A DNA stretch of 63,874 bases, the filler included. It is 5 parts of 5 records of this genome, joined end to end, with 100 filler letters (N's around TTAATTAATTAA, not from the genome) between each part and the next. Parts side by side here need not be neighbours in the genome. Positions count along the whole stretch, not along the records: positions 51,717 to 57,734 come from DRR723986_4054; positions 57,835 to 63,874 come from DRR723986_4082; 3 more parts are not named here. One strand, given 5' to 3'. Below are positions 56,547 through 63,874 of the stretch, one piece after another. The notes under the pieces are model-generated. The model saw only the letters and a list, made by a program, of their open reading frames with translations, searched no databases and was not told the origin of the DNA. How positions within the stretch are numbered: the stretch's first letter is position 1; each line of letters starts with the position of its first letter. The translations under genes and the position numbers were made by a program.

Positions 56547-56636
56547 TAGACCAATGGTCTAGACATATCAGCACAATTTAGACCGCCAGTCTAGGCATTT
56601 TCCAAGGCGGCCGCAATAGACTAGACCAGTGGTCTA
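56547..56636. promoter_or_regulatory. three palindromic operators TAGACC-N3-RGTCTA upstream of the TetR gene
   Basis: TAGACCAATGGTCTA 56547-56561, TAGACCGCCAGTCTA 56579-56593, TAGACCAGTGGTCTA 56622-56636. Confidence 0.8.
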
Positions 56637-56645
56637 TGTCAGCGC

Positions 56646-56676
56646 AAAAGAAACCCCCGGCGCCGGGGCCGGGGGT
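56646..56676 (-). terminator. rho-independent terminator of the acyl-CoA synthetase gene
   Basis: ACCCCCGGC...GCCGGGGGT stem; U-rich tail on the minus strand. Confidence 0.75.
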
Positions 56677-56683
56677 GTGGGTG

Positions 56684-57733
56684 TTACAAATCTTTGGCCA
56701 GCTTGCGCAGCTCGAATTTTTGGATCTTGCCGGTCGAGGTTTTGGGCAGCTCTTGAAACACCACTTGCTTGGGCGCCTTGAACCCGGCCAAGCGTTCGCG
56801 CGCAAAGGCGATCAGCGCGGCCGCATCGGCGCTGTGGCCGTCTTTCAGCTCGACAAAGGCGCAAGGCACCTCGCCCCATTTTTCATCGGGCTTGGCCACA
56901 ACGGCGCAAAGCAGCACATCGGGATGGGCCATCAACACGCCCTCTACCTCGACCGAGCTGATATTTTCCCCGCCGGAAATGATGATGTCTTTGGCCCGGT
57001 CGGCAATTTGCAAATAGCTGTCGGGGTGGTGCAGGGCGATATCGCCCGAATGGAAATACCCGTTTTGAAAGGCTTCCTGGGTGGCTTTGGGGTTTTTCAG
57101 ATAGCCCTTCATCACGCCATTGCCGCGAAACACGATCTCGCCCGAGGTGGCGCCATCGCGCGGCACGGGCTGGCCGGCCTCGTCCCATACGGCGACGGGT
57201 TCCATGAAGGGCATCGCCACCCCCTGGCGCGATTTCTTGGCGGCGCGATCATCGCCCACCAGATCATCCCAGTCAGATTTCCACGTGCATTCTGTGGCCG
57301 GGCCATAGGTTTCTGTTAGCCCGTAAACATGGGTGATGTTAAAGCCCAGCGGCTCGATCTTGGCCAATGTGGCGGGGGCCGGCGGGGCGCCGGCGGTGAA
57401 TACCTCGACCACATGGTCAAAGGCGCGGCGTTGATCTGCGGGGGCGTTGATGAGCATGTTCAGCACAATCGGCGCACCGCCAAAATGGGTAACTTTTTCA
57501 TCCGCGATCGCATCATAAATCGGCTTTGCCGCAATATCGCGGCAGCAGATCAGCGTGCCGCCCACCGCAGGCATCATCCATGTGTGGCACCAGCCGTTGC
57601 AATGAAACAGCGGCACAATGGTTAAATACCGCGGATGCAGGGTGATGCGCCAGCTGATGACCTGGCCCATCGCATTCAGATAGGCGCCGCGGTGGTGATA
57701 TACCACGCCCTTGGGCCGCCCGGTGGTGCCCGA
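56684..57733 (-). CDS. AMP-binding acyl-CoA synthetase (5' end missing)
   Basis: SGTTGRPKG, PLFHCNGW, YGLTETYGP, FHSGD, DRAKDIIISGGENISS, PKTSTGKIQK. Confidence 0.93.
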   Translation of the reverse strand, partial: SGTTGRPKGVVYHHRGAYLNAMGQVISWRITLHPRYLTIVPLFHCNGWCHTWMMPAVGGTLICCRDIAAKPIYDAIADEKVTHFGGAPIVLNMLINAPADQRRAFDHVVEVFTAGAPPAPATLAKIEPLGFNITHVYGLTETYGPATECTWKSDWDDLVGDDRAAKKSRQGVAMPFMEPVAVWDEAGQPVPRDGATSGEIVFRGNGVMKGYLKNPKATQEAFQNGYFHSGDIALHHPDSYLQIADRAKDIIISGGENISSVEVEGVLMAHPDVLLCAVVAKPDEKWGEVPCAFVELKDGHSADAAALIAFARERLAGFKAPKQVVFQELPKTSTGKIQKFELRKLAKDL

Positions 57734-57734
57734 G

Positions 57735-57834
57735 NNNNNNNNNNNNNNNNNNNNNNNNNNNNNNNNNNNNNNNNNNNNTTAATTAATTAANNNNNNNNNN
57801 NNNNNNNNNNNNNNNNNNNNNNNNNNNNNNNNNN
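57735..57834. other. artificial contig junction
   Basis: N run with TTAATTAATTAA. Confidence 0.98.
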
Positions 57835-57835
57835 A

Positions 57836-58195
57836 GACATCTGCTACGCCACCACCAACCGGCAAGCGGCGGTCAAGGCCATCGCCCCCATGGCCGACGC
57901 GATCCTGGTCGTGGGCGCGCCCAATTCGTCGAACTCGCGCAGGCTGGTCGAGGTCGGGGCCAAGGCGGGCTGTTCCTATTCGCAACTTGTGCAACGGGCC
58001 GAAAACATCGACTGGCGGGCGCTTGAAGGGATCGGATCGGTCGGTGTTACTGCCGGGGCCTCGGCACCCCAGATACTTGTAGAAGAAGTAATTGACGCCT
58101 TCCGCGCCCGGTTCGAGGTGACGGTGGAACAGGTGGAAACCGCCGTCGAGAACGTCGAGTTCAAGGTGCCCCGCGTGTTGAGGGAAAAGGCCTGA
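57836..58195 (+). CDS. ispH: 4-hydroxy-3-methylbut-2-enyl diphosphate reductase (3' fragment)
   Basis: [26 protein letters not shown]. Confidence 0.95.
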   Translation, partial: DICYATTNRQAAVKAIAPMADAILVVGAPNSSNSRRLVEVGAKAGCSYSQLVQRAENIDWRALEGIGSVGVTAGASAPQILVEEVIDAFRARFEVTVEQVETAVENVEFKVPRVLREKA

Positions 58196-58198
58196 TCC

Positions 58199-58609
58199 AT
58201 GGCGGTAACTCTCTCCTCCTCGCGTCCCGGCACCACCGAGTTCATCGCGATGCGTGCCGCCTGCGGGTGGGGAGAGATTTCCGAGGACATGGCGCAGCGC
58301 GCCCTCGGCCAAGCGGTGGCAACCGTCACGGCCCATGACGGGGACAGCTTGGTCGGGTTCGGGCGGGTTGTCGGCGACGGGGCGCTCTATTTCTACCTTC
58401 AGGATATCATCGTCGCGCCATCGCATCGCGGGCAAGGCGTCGCCGATGCAATCCTCACCCGCCTTCTTGACGAAATTGCGCCCCTTGCAGGCCCCGGCTC
58501 TAACATCGGGCTGATGGCCGCAAAGGGGGTTGAGCCGCTTTATGAAAGGTTCGGGTTCAGGCGTCGGCCCACTGACAGCCTTGGCGCGGGCATGACAAAA
58601 CTGTGCTGA
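58199..58609 (+). CDS. GNAT family N-acetyltransferase
   Basis: LVGFGRVVGDG, DIIVAPSHRGQGVA, LYERFGF. Confidence 0.9.
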   Translation: MAVTLSSSRPGTTEFIAMRAACGWGEISEDMAQRALGQAVATVTAHDGDSLVGFGRVVGDGALYFYLQDIIVAPSHRGQGVADAILTRLLDEIAPLAGPGSNIGLMAAKGVEPLYERFGFRRRPTDSLGAGMTKLC

Positions 58610-58675
58610 GGTCCAGCACCATTGACCCGCCGCGCCGGTCAGGGGCAGGCTGATGCCAACACAGGAGAACCGGCT

Positions 58676-59794
58676 ATGAAAGCAGTGATCGTGGGCGCAG
58701 GCCCCGCCGGGCTCGCCGCAGCCGCCTGTCTCAAATCGCAGGGCATCACGCCGGTGATCCTCGACCGGGCCGACAGCGTCGCCAGCAGCTGGCACAATCA
58801 CTATGACTGCCTGCACCTGCACACCGCACGCGGGCGGTCCACCCTGCCGGGGCTGTCTTACCCGCAAGGGGTCGGCAGATACCCAAGCCGCGATGACGTC
58901 ATTGCCTATATGCAGGCCTATACCGCCCATCACGGGCTAACCCCCCGGCTTGGTTGCGCGGTAGAGCGGATAGAGAGGCACGGGGATGGCTGGCAGGTCA
59001 CCCATTCCGGCGGTGTGGAACCGGCGGATATCGTGGTCATAGCCACCGGCGTCAACGGCACCCCCCGGCGGCCCGACTGGCCGGGCCAGTTCACCGGCCC
59101 GATCCTGCATTCCAGCGACTACAAGACCCCCGCCCCCTTCGCCGGTCGAAAGGTGCTTGTCGTGGGGTTCGGCAATTCAGGCGGCGATATCGCGCTGGAT
59201 CTTGCCCGCGCCGGGATCGACGTGACCATGTCCGTGCGCGGCCCCGTGAACATTCTGCCCAAGCAATTGTTCGGCATCCCCATCACCTCGTTCGGCCTGC
59301 TGACCAAGATGCTCGGCTACAAGCTGGCCGATATCCTGACGGCCCCGGTTCTGCGCATCGCCATAGGGCGGCCGGAAAGCTATGGCCTGCGTTCCATGGC
59401 CAAGGGCCCCGCCGCCCTGGTGCATGAAGATGACCGCATTCCACTGATCGACACCGGCACGCTTGGCGCAATCAAGGAGGGCCGTATCGCGGTGAAGCCC
59501 GGCATCGAGCGGCTAAACGGTTCGGACGTGCAGTTCGCCGATGGCACCGCCGCGCCCTTTGACGCAATCATTGCCGCCATTGGCTACACCGTGGATCTGC
59601 GACCGCTTCTGGGGGCCTATTGCACCGCGCTCGACACCACGGGCCGACCCGTGGCCAGCGGCGCCCCCACCCCCGAGCGGGGCCTCTATTTCTGCTCCTT
59701 CAAGGTCTCGCCCGACGGGCAGCTCTTTTCGACCTCGCAAGAGGCCATCGCCATCGCCGCCCATGCCGTAACCCTGACCCGAAAGGCCGCCTGA
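58676..59794 (+). CDS. flavin-containing monooxygenase (class B, YUCCA-like)
   Basis: GAGPAG, WHNHYDCLHLHT, ATG, FTGPILHSSDYK, VVGFGNSGGDIALDL; SD AGGAG before ATG 58676. Confidence 0.88.
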   Translation: MKAVIVGAGPAGLAAAACLKSQGITPVILDRADSVASSWHNHYDCLHLHTARGRSTLPGLSYPQGVGRYPSRDDVIAYMQAYTAHHGLTPRLGCAVERIERHGDGWQVTHSGGVEPADIVVIATGVNGTPRRPDWPGQFTGPILHSSDYKTPAPFAGRKVLVVGFGNSGGDIALDLARAGIDVTMSVRGPVNILPKQLFGIPITSFGLLTKMLGYKLADILTAPVLRIAIGRPESYGLRSMAKGPAALVHEDDRIPLIDTGTLGAIKEGRIAVKPGIERLNGSDVQFADGTAAPFDAIIAAIGYTVDLRPLLGAYCTALDTTGRPVASGAPTPERGLYFCSFKVSPDGQLFSTSQEAIAIAAHAVTLTRKAA

Positions 59795-60408
59795 TGATAT
59801 CCGCCCAGTTCCTTCTGACCGCCCTTGTCGTCGTGCTCGCCCCCGGCACCGGAGTCGTCTACACGCTGGCTCTTGGCCTTGGCCAGGGCCGCCGCGCCGC
59901 CGTCTGGGCCGCCCTTGGCTGCACCTTCGGGATCGTCCCCCATATCGCGGCGGCAGCCTTTGGTCTGGCGGCGGTGATGCACAGCTCGGCGCTGATCTTC
60001 AACGTGGTGAAATGGGCGGGCGTCGCGTATCTGCTGTGGCTGGCCTATAGCGCAGTCCGAGAGGGCGGCGCATTGCGGGTAGAGGCCGCACAGACAGCCG
60101 AAAGCGGCCCGCGCATCGCCACACGGGGCGCGCTGATCAACATCCTGAACCCAAAGCTGTCGATCTTCTTCCTCGCCCTGCTGCCGCCCTTCCTGTCGGG
60201 CAATCCCACCTCGGCCACCGTTGAAATGGCGCTCCTTGGCGGGGTCTTCATGGCGATGACCTTCGTGGTCTTCGCACTGTATGGCAGTTTCGCTGCCTTC
60301 ACCCGCAAGGCCATTTTGGGCAGCGACCGCGCCATGCGCTGGTTGAGCCGCAGCTTCGCCGCAGTCTTTGCCGGGCTCGGTCTGCGGCTGGCCTTGGAAA
60401 GGGCCTGA
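59794..60408 (+). CDS. LysE/RhtB family translocator
   Basis: VLAPGTG, KWAGVAYLLWLA, NILNPK. Confidence 0.92.
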   Translation: MISAQFLLTALVVVLAPGTGVVYTLALGLGQGRRAAVWAALGCTFGIVPHIAAAAFGLAAVMHSSALIFNVVKWAGVAYLLWLAYSAVREGGALRVEAAQTAESGPRIATRGALINILNPKLSIFFLALLPPFLSGNPTSATVEMALLGGVFMAMTFVVFALYGSFAAFTRKAILGSDRAMRWLSRSFAAVFAGLGLRLALERA

Positions 60409-60409
60409 C

Positions 60410-61000
60410 ATGGCCGATGACAAGACCCTCGCAGCCTATACTGAGAAAGCCAGCGACTACGCTGCGTTGGACTTCAGCGAAGGCGAAAAACGCGCACTGA
60501 CAGATTTTCTGGGCCGCATCCCCAAGGGCGGCGCGATCCTCGATCTTGGCTGTGGCCCCGGATTTCACGCCGCGCGCATGGTGGCAGAGGGCTTCAGTGT
60601 CAGCGCCATAGACGCAACGCCTGCCTTCGTGGACGCTGCACGGGATAAGGGCGTCGATGCGCGTCTCGGCAAGTTCGACGACCTGACCGAAACGGCAGCC
60701 TATGATGGTGTCTGGGCGAGCTTTTCTCTGCTTCACGCCCCCAAGGCCGACTTCCCCCACCATCTCGCCGCCATTCACACGGCGCTTCGTCCCTCGGGCA
60801 CGCTCTATCTAGGCCTGAAACTGGGGGCGGGCGAACACCGCGACAGCCTGGGCCGGTTCTATGCGTATTACGAGGAACCGGAACTGCGCGACCTGCTCGC
60901 ACAGGCTGGATTTGCCGATATCAGCTCTACATCCGGGGAAGGCGCGGGGCTGGCCGGCACCGTGGACTGCTTCATCCTGTTGACCGCAACCCGATCCTAG
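60410..61000 (+). CDS. class I SAM-dependent methyltransferase
   Basis: ILDLGCGPG, YDGVWASFSLLH, LRPSG. Confidence 0.9.
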   Translation: MADDKTLAAYTEKASDYAALDFSEGEKRALTDFLGRIPKGGAILDLGCGPGFHAARMVAEGFSVSAIDATPAFVDAARDKGVDARLGKFDDLTETAAYDGVWASFSLLHAPKADFPHHLAAIHTALRPSGTLYLGLKLGAGEHRDSLGRFYAYYEEPELRDLLAQAGFADISSTSGEGAGLAGTVDCFILLTATRS

Positions 61001-61067
61001 GCCGATCCCGGCTTGCCCTTCCCGGCCCCGCCCGCGATAAGGACCGCCAATCTCCGGAGCCCCGCCA

Positions 61068-61511
61068 ATGACCCCGATCCCCCGCCCTGCCCTGCTGCTC
61101 GGCCTTGCCGGCCTGATCCCCTTTCTGTGGGGGGCGCTGACCGTGGTCCTGCCGGGCTTGGCCGAATGGGGCACCGAGGAGATGGGGCCACGGTTTGTCG
61201 GACCTTATGTGCAGCTTTTCTACGGCGCGATCATCCTCGCCTTCATGTCCGGCGTTCTGTGGGGCTTTGCCGCGCAAGGCAGCGACTGGCAGGGCTATGC
61301 GCTGTCGGTGCTTCCGGCGCTATGGGCGTTTGTCATGACCGGCGGCGGTTCAGACAGGGCGGCGGCGGCGCTGATCGTCGGTTTCCTTGGCCTGCTGGCG
61401 CTGGACCGGCATTTCTGGAAACGGGGCCTCGCGCCCCAATGGTGGATGCGACTGCGCGTGTTGCTAACACTTGTGGTGGTAAACGCGCTGGCCGTGGACC
61501 TGATATTCTGA
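61068..61511 (+). CDS. DUF3429 family membrane protein
   Basis: [36 protein letters not shown]. Confidence 0.85.
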   Translation: MTPIPRPALLLGLAGLIPFLWGALTVVLPGLAEWGTEEMGPRFVGPYVQLFYGAIILAFMSGVLWGFAAQGSDWQGYALSVLPALWAFVMTGGGSDRAAAALIVGFLGLLALDRHFWKRGLAPQWWMRLRVLLTLVVVNALAVDLIF

Positions 61512-61963
61512 TGCCCGAACTCTTCGCCTATACCGACGGTGCCTGCTCGGGCAATCCCGGCCCCGGAGGCTGGGGCGCGTTGCTTCAAGCCAAGGACGGC
61601 GACAGCGTGGTGAAGGAACGCGAGCTGAACGGCGGCGAGGCAGAGACCACCAACAACCGCATGGAACTGCTGGCAGCCATCGCCGCACTGGAAAGCCTGA
61701 CGCGGGCCTCTGCGATCACCGTCGTCACCGATTCCGCCTATGTGAAGAACGGCGTGACCGGCTGGATTCACGGCTGGAAGCGGAACGGCTGGAAGACCTC
61801 GAACAGGAAGCCCGTGAAAAACGTGGACCTGTGGCAAAGACTGGACGAGGCGCAGGCTCGACATCAGGTAACCTGGGAATGGGTCAAGGGCCATGCTGGC
61901 CACCCGGAAAACGAACGCGCGGATGAACTGGCGCGGGCTGGGATGGCCCCCTTCAAGGCGTAG
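61511..61963 (+). CDS. rnhA: ribonuclease HI
   Basis: [44 protein letters not shown]. Confidence 0.98.
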   Translation: MPELFAYTDGACSGNPGPGGWGALLQAKDGDSVVKERELNGGEAETTNNRMELLAAIAALESLTRASAITVVTDSAYVKNGVTGWIHGWKRNGWKTSNRKPVKNVDLWQRLDEAQARHQVTWEWVKGHAGHPENERADELARAGMAPFKA

Positions 61964-61969
61964 GGCCAA

Positions 61970-62062
61970 GCGGCGCGTCGACGCGCCGCATACCGCGTGC
62001 CATCCATGGCGCGCCAGCACGCGGTTTCGAAACCGCGTCAGAAAGGCCGGTCGACCGGCCTT
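61970..62062. repeat. three perfect 20-bp palindromes, each centred on TCGA
   Basis: GCGGCGCG-TCGA-CGCGCCGC 61970-61989; ACGCGGTT-TCGA-AACCGCGT 62019-62038; AAGGCCGG-TCGA-CCGGCCTT 62043-62062. Confidence 0.9.
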
Positions 62063-62104
62063 GCCCCCTTCCCCAATGGGGGCAAACCTGTCAGATCCTG
62101 CACC

Positions 62105-62725
62105 ATGACACTCCTGTTGCTCGACTATGCCTCCGTCCTTGTCTTCGCCCTGTCGGGCGCGCTTGTCGCAAGCCGGGCGCAGCTCGATATCGTGGGCTTC
62201 TTCTTCATCGCCTGCCTGACTGCCGTCGGCGGCGGCACCCTGCGCGATCTGCTGCTGGACCGGAACCCGGTCTTCTGGGTCGGCAATCCGACACCGCTGG
62301 CCATCGCCTGCGCAGCAGCCCTGGTCGTCTTCTTCACCGCACATCTGTTGGAAAGCCGCTACAAGGTGCTGCTCTGGCTCGATGCCCTTGCGCTGGCCAT
62401 TGCCGTTGCCGCAGGCGCGGGCGTGGCGCAGTCGCTGGACCATTCGGCGGGCATCGTGCTGGTCATGGGGGTCGCCACCGGCACCATGGGCGGCCTGATG
62501 CGCGATGTGGTCTGCAACGAGGTACCGCTGGTCCTGAAACAGGGCGAGCTCTACGTCACGGCCGCCTTCGCAGGGGCAGGCGCGGCGCTTCTGGCCGCGA
62601 TCCTCACGCCGCACCCGCTTGCACCCGTTATCGCCTGCATGGTGACCTGTTTCGCCCTGCGCGCGGGATCGCTGCTGTTCGGCTGGCGGTTGCCGGTCTA
62701 CAAGGCCCGCCCGCCGCGCGTTTAG
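62105..62725 (+). CDS. trimeric intracellular cation channel (TRIC/UPF0126) family protein
   Basis: FALSGAL, TAVGGGTLRDLLL, TGTMGGLMRDVV, ELY. Confidence 0.92.
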   Translation: MTLLLLDYASVLVFALSGALVASRAQLDIVGFFFIACLTAVGGGTLRDLLLDRNPVFWVGNPTPLAIACAAALVVFFTAHLLESRYKVLLWLDALALAIAVAAGAGVAQSLDHSAGIVLVMGVATGTMGGLMRDVVCNEVPLVLKQGELYVTAAFAGAGAALLAAILTPHPLAPVIACMVTCFALRAGSLLFGWRLPVYKARPPRV

Positions 62726-62726
62726 C

Positions 62727-62975
62727 CTAGCGGCTGACGTAGGTTTGCCAGATCCAGATCAGCAACAACGCCCCAAGGATCGCGCCGACAAAGCCCGACA
62801 GCGCGCCCATAATCGTCAGCAAGAACCGAAGAACCAACCCGCCGATGATGGCCCCAAGAATGCCGATGCCGACGGTGGTCACCACATCGGTGCGCACATC
62901 CATGATGCGCGTCGCCAGAAACCCGGCCGCAGCCCCGATAATGATCATGTAAAGAACGATACCCATGGCAGTCAT
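62727..62975 (-). CDS. GlsB/YeaQ/YmgE family membrane protein
   Basis: IIIGAAAGFLA, GILGAIIGG, GAILGALLLIW. Confidence 0.85.
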   Translation of the reverse strand: MTAMGIVLYMIIIGAAAGFLATRIMDVRTDVVTTVGIGILGAIIGGLVLRFLLTIMGALSGFVGAILGALLLIWIWQTYVSR

Positions 62976-63017
62976 ATGCTCTCTGTCTGGCCCGTTTTGA
63001 AGGACCGATGGTGAAAA

Positions 63018-63284
63018 TCAGCGCCGCCGGTTGCGCCTGTTCCGTCCGCGCGCGGCCCCCACGGGGATCAGGATCAGCGCCGCAGAGGCCCCGATAATCG
63101 CATCGAGCCCCGGCGACCCGATCCGCAGATGGAACAGCGAGCGCAGGAAGAACAGCACCACCACCGCCCCAAGCGCGATGAGGATCGACATGGCATAGCC
63201 ATTGCGGGTGACGCCCCATTTCTCGAACAGGATGGCAACAACCACGGCAATGAAGATCGAGCCGAAAAACGTGAACAGGACCAT
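63018..63284 (-). CDS. small hypothetical membrane protein
   Basis: three hydrophobic segments and a basic C-terminus; ATG 63284 just after the fmt stop. Confidence 0.65.
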   Translation of the reverse strand: MVLFTFFGSIFIAVVVAILFEKWGVTRNGYAMSILIALGAVVVLFFLRSLFHLRIGSPGLDAIIGASAALILIPVGAARGRNRRNRRR

Positions 63285-63288
63285 AGTC

Positions 63289-63873
63289 TTACTCTCCCAA
63301 TACCGTGCCCGGATCCAGCGGATTGCCGCGTAGAAACGTCTCTGCATCCTGCCGTCCGCGGCCTTCGATCTGCGCCTCGGTCACCTCAACGGCCCCGTGT
63401 CCGCAGGCAATCGTCAGGCCAGCCAGAACCTCACCCGGCGCACCCGGCGCACCCGCACCAGCCGCAGCACGACAGCGCAACAGTTTCAGCCTTTTACCAT
63501 GTAGGATCGTCCACGCCCCGGGAAAAGGCGACAGGCCCCTTATTTGCCGGTCGATCTGTTCGGCAGGCAACGCCCAGTCCACCCGCGCTTCGGCCTTGTC
63601 GATCTTGTGGGCATAGGTCACGCCCTCGTCCGGTTGCACCTCTGCCACCAGATCGGGCAACCGGTCCAGCGCCTCGGTAATCGCCACCGCCCCAAGGGCG
63701 CTCAGCCGGTCATGCAGGTCCTGCGTGGTGTCCTCCGAGCCGATTGCCACGCGTTTGCGCAACAGCACGGGGCCGGTATCCAACCCCGCCTCCATCTGCA
63801 TGATGCACACGCCGGTCTCTACATCCCCCGCCATGATCGCCCGATGAATGGGCGCCGCCCCGCGCCAGCGCGG
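63289..63873 (-). CDS. fmt: methionyl-tRNA formyltransferase (5' end off the window)
   Basis: [44 protein letters not shown]. Confidence 0.96.
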   Translation of the reverse strand, partial: PRWRGAAPIHRAIMAGDVETGVCIMQMEAGLDTGPVLLRKRVAIGSEDTTQDLHDRLSALGAVAITEALDRLPDLVAEVQPDEGVTYAHKIDKAEARVDWALPAEQIDRQIRGLSPFPGAWTILHGKRLKLLRCRAAAGAGAPGAPGEVLAGLTIACGHGAVEVTEAQIEGRGRQDAETFLRGNPLDPGTVLGE

Positions 63874-63874
63874 C

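Noticed and set aside
15839-57834. Four identical TTAATTAATTAA motifs in N runs, and ORFs crossing them
   Set aside because: Artificial contig linkers; cross-junction ORFs and gene neighbourhoods are not biological.
24193-59794. Link between tryptophan catabolism (contig 2) and the YUCCA-like FMO (contig 5); two CinA genes as a duplication
   Set aside because: They lie on different contigs from different lineages.
61013-61510. Apparent N-terminal fusion to RNase H (316-aa ORF)
   Set aside because: High-GC open frame over DUF3429; rnhA starts at 61511.
57779-62614. Long antisense ORFs (57779-58933, 59686-60423, 61295-62614)
   Set aside because: Shadows of well-supported plus-strand genes in high-GC DNA.
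63432-63454. 9-bp tandem repeat in fmt (GAPGAPG)
   Set aside because: In-frame loop duplication with no evident significance.

Overview
The window is not one locus. It is five unrelated contigs joined by 100-nt N-gaps that contain an artificial TTAATTAATTAA linker (15839-15938, 31728-31827, 51617-51716, 57735-57834). (1) 1-15838, Planctomycetota-like (Pirellulaceae-like): M28 peptidase, plsC, cmk, rhomboid, then a co-oriented block of DUF1549/DUF1553, DUF1501, ECF sigma, a membrane-anchored anti-sigma-like DUF1549/1553 paralogue and a second ECF sigma, followed by esterases, CinA, a second DUF1501 and REP-like repeats. (2) 15939-31727, T9SS-bearing Bacteroidota-related organism: a Cys-patterned tandem beta-sandwich lipoprotein, a 14-blade propeller T9SS substrate, a kynurenine/3-hydroxyanthranilate catabolic cluster (kmo, kynU, ACMSD, 3-HAO, SDR, AMSDH) and a dispersed intergenic repeat family. 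(3) 31828-51616, Burkholderiales (Limnobacter-like) housekeeping region: lnt, ribBX, ribH, nusB, thiL, pgpA, cinA, recA, recX, sucCD, pilin, moaC, bepA, fbp, pepN, an orphan UreE-like gene, yajQ, murB, argG. (4) 51717-57734, Rhodobacteraceae-like: DadA-like oxidoreductase, pxpBCA, truA, a TetR gene with a triple operator, acyl-CoA synthetase. (5) 57835-63874, Rhodobacteraceae-like: ispH, GNAT, YUCCA-like FMO, LysE, methyltransferase, DUF3429, rnhA, TRIC/UPF0126, fmt. I recognised no rRNA, tRNA, CRISPR array, transposase or prophage gene. The best candidates for new biology are the ECF/anti-sigma pair built on a DUF1549/1553 sensor, three TCGA-centred 20-bp palindromes upstream of the TRIC gene, the oriented repeat family in contig 2 and the 9x four-Cys repeat lipoprotein. 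All family and taxon calls come from motif recognition by eye; no database searches were run.
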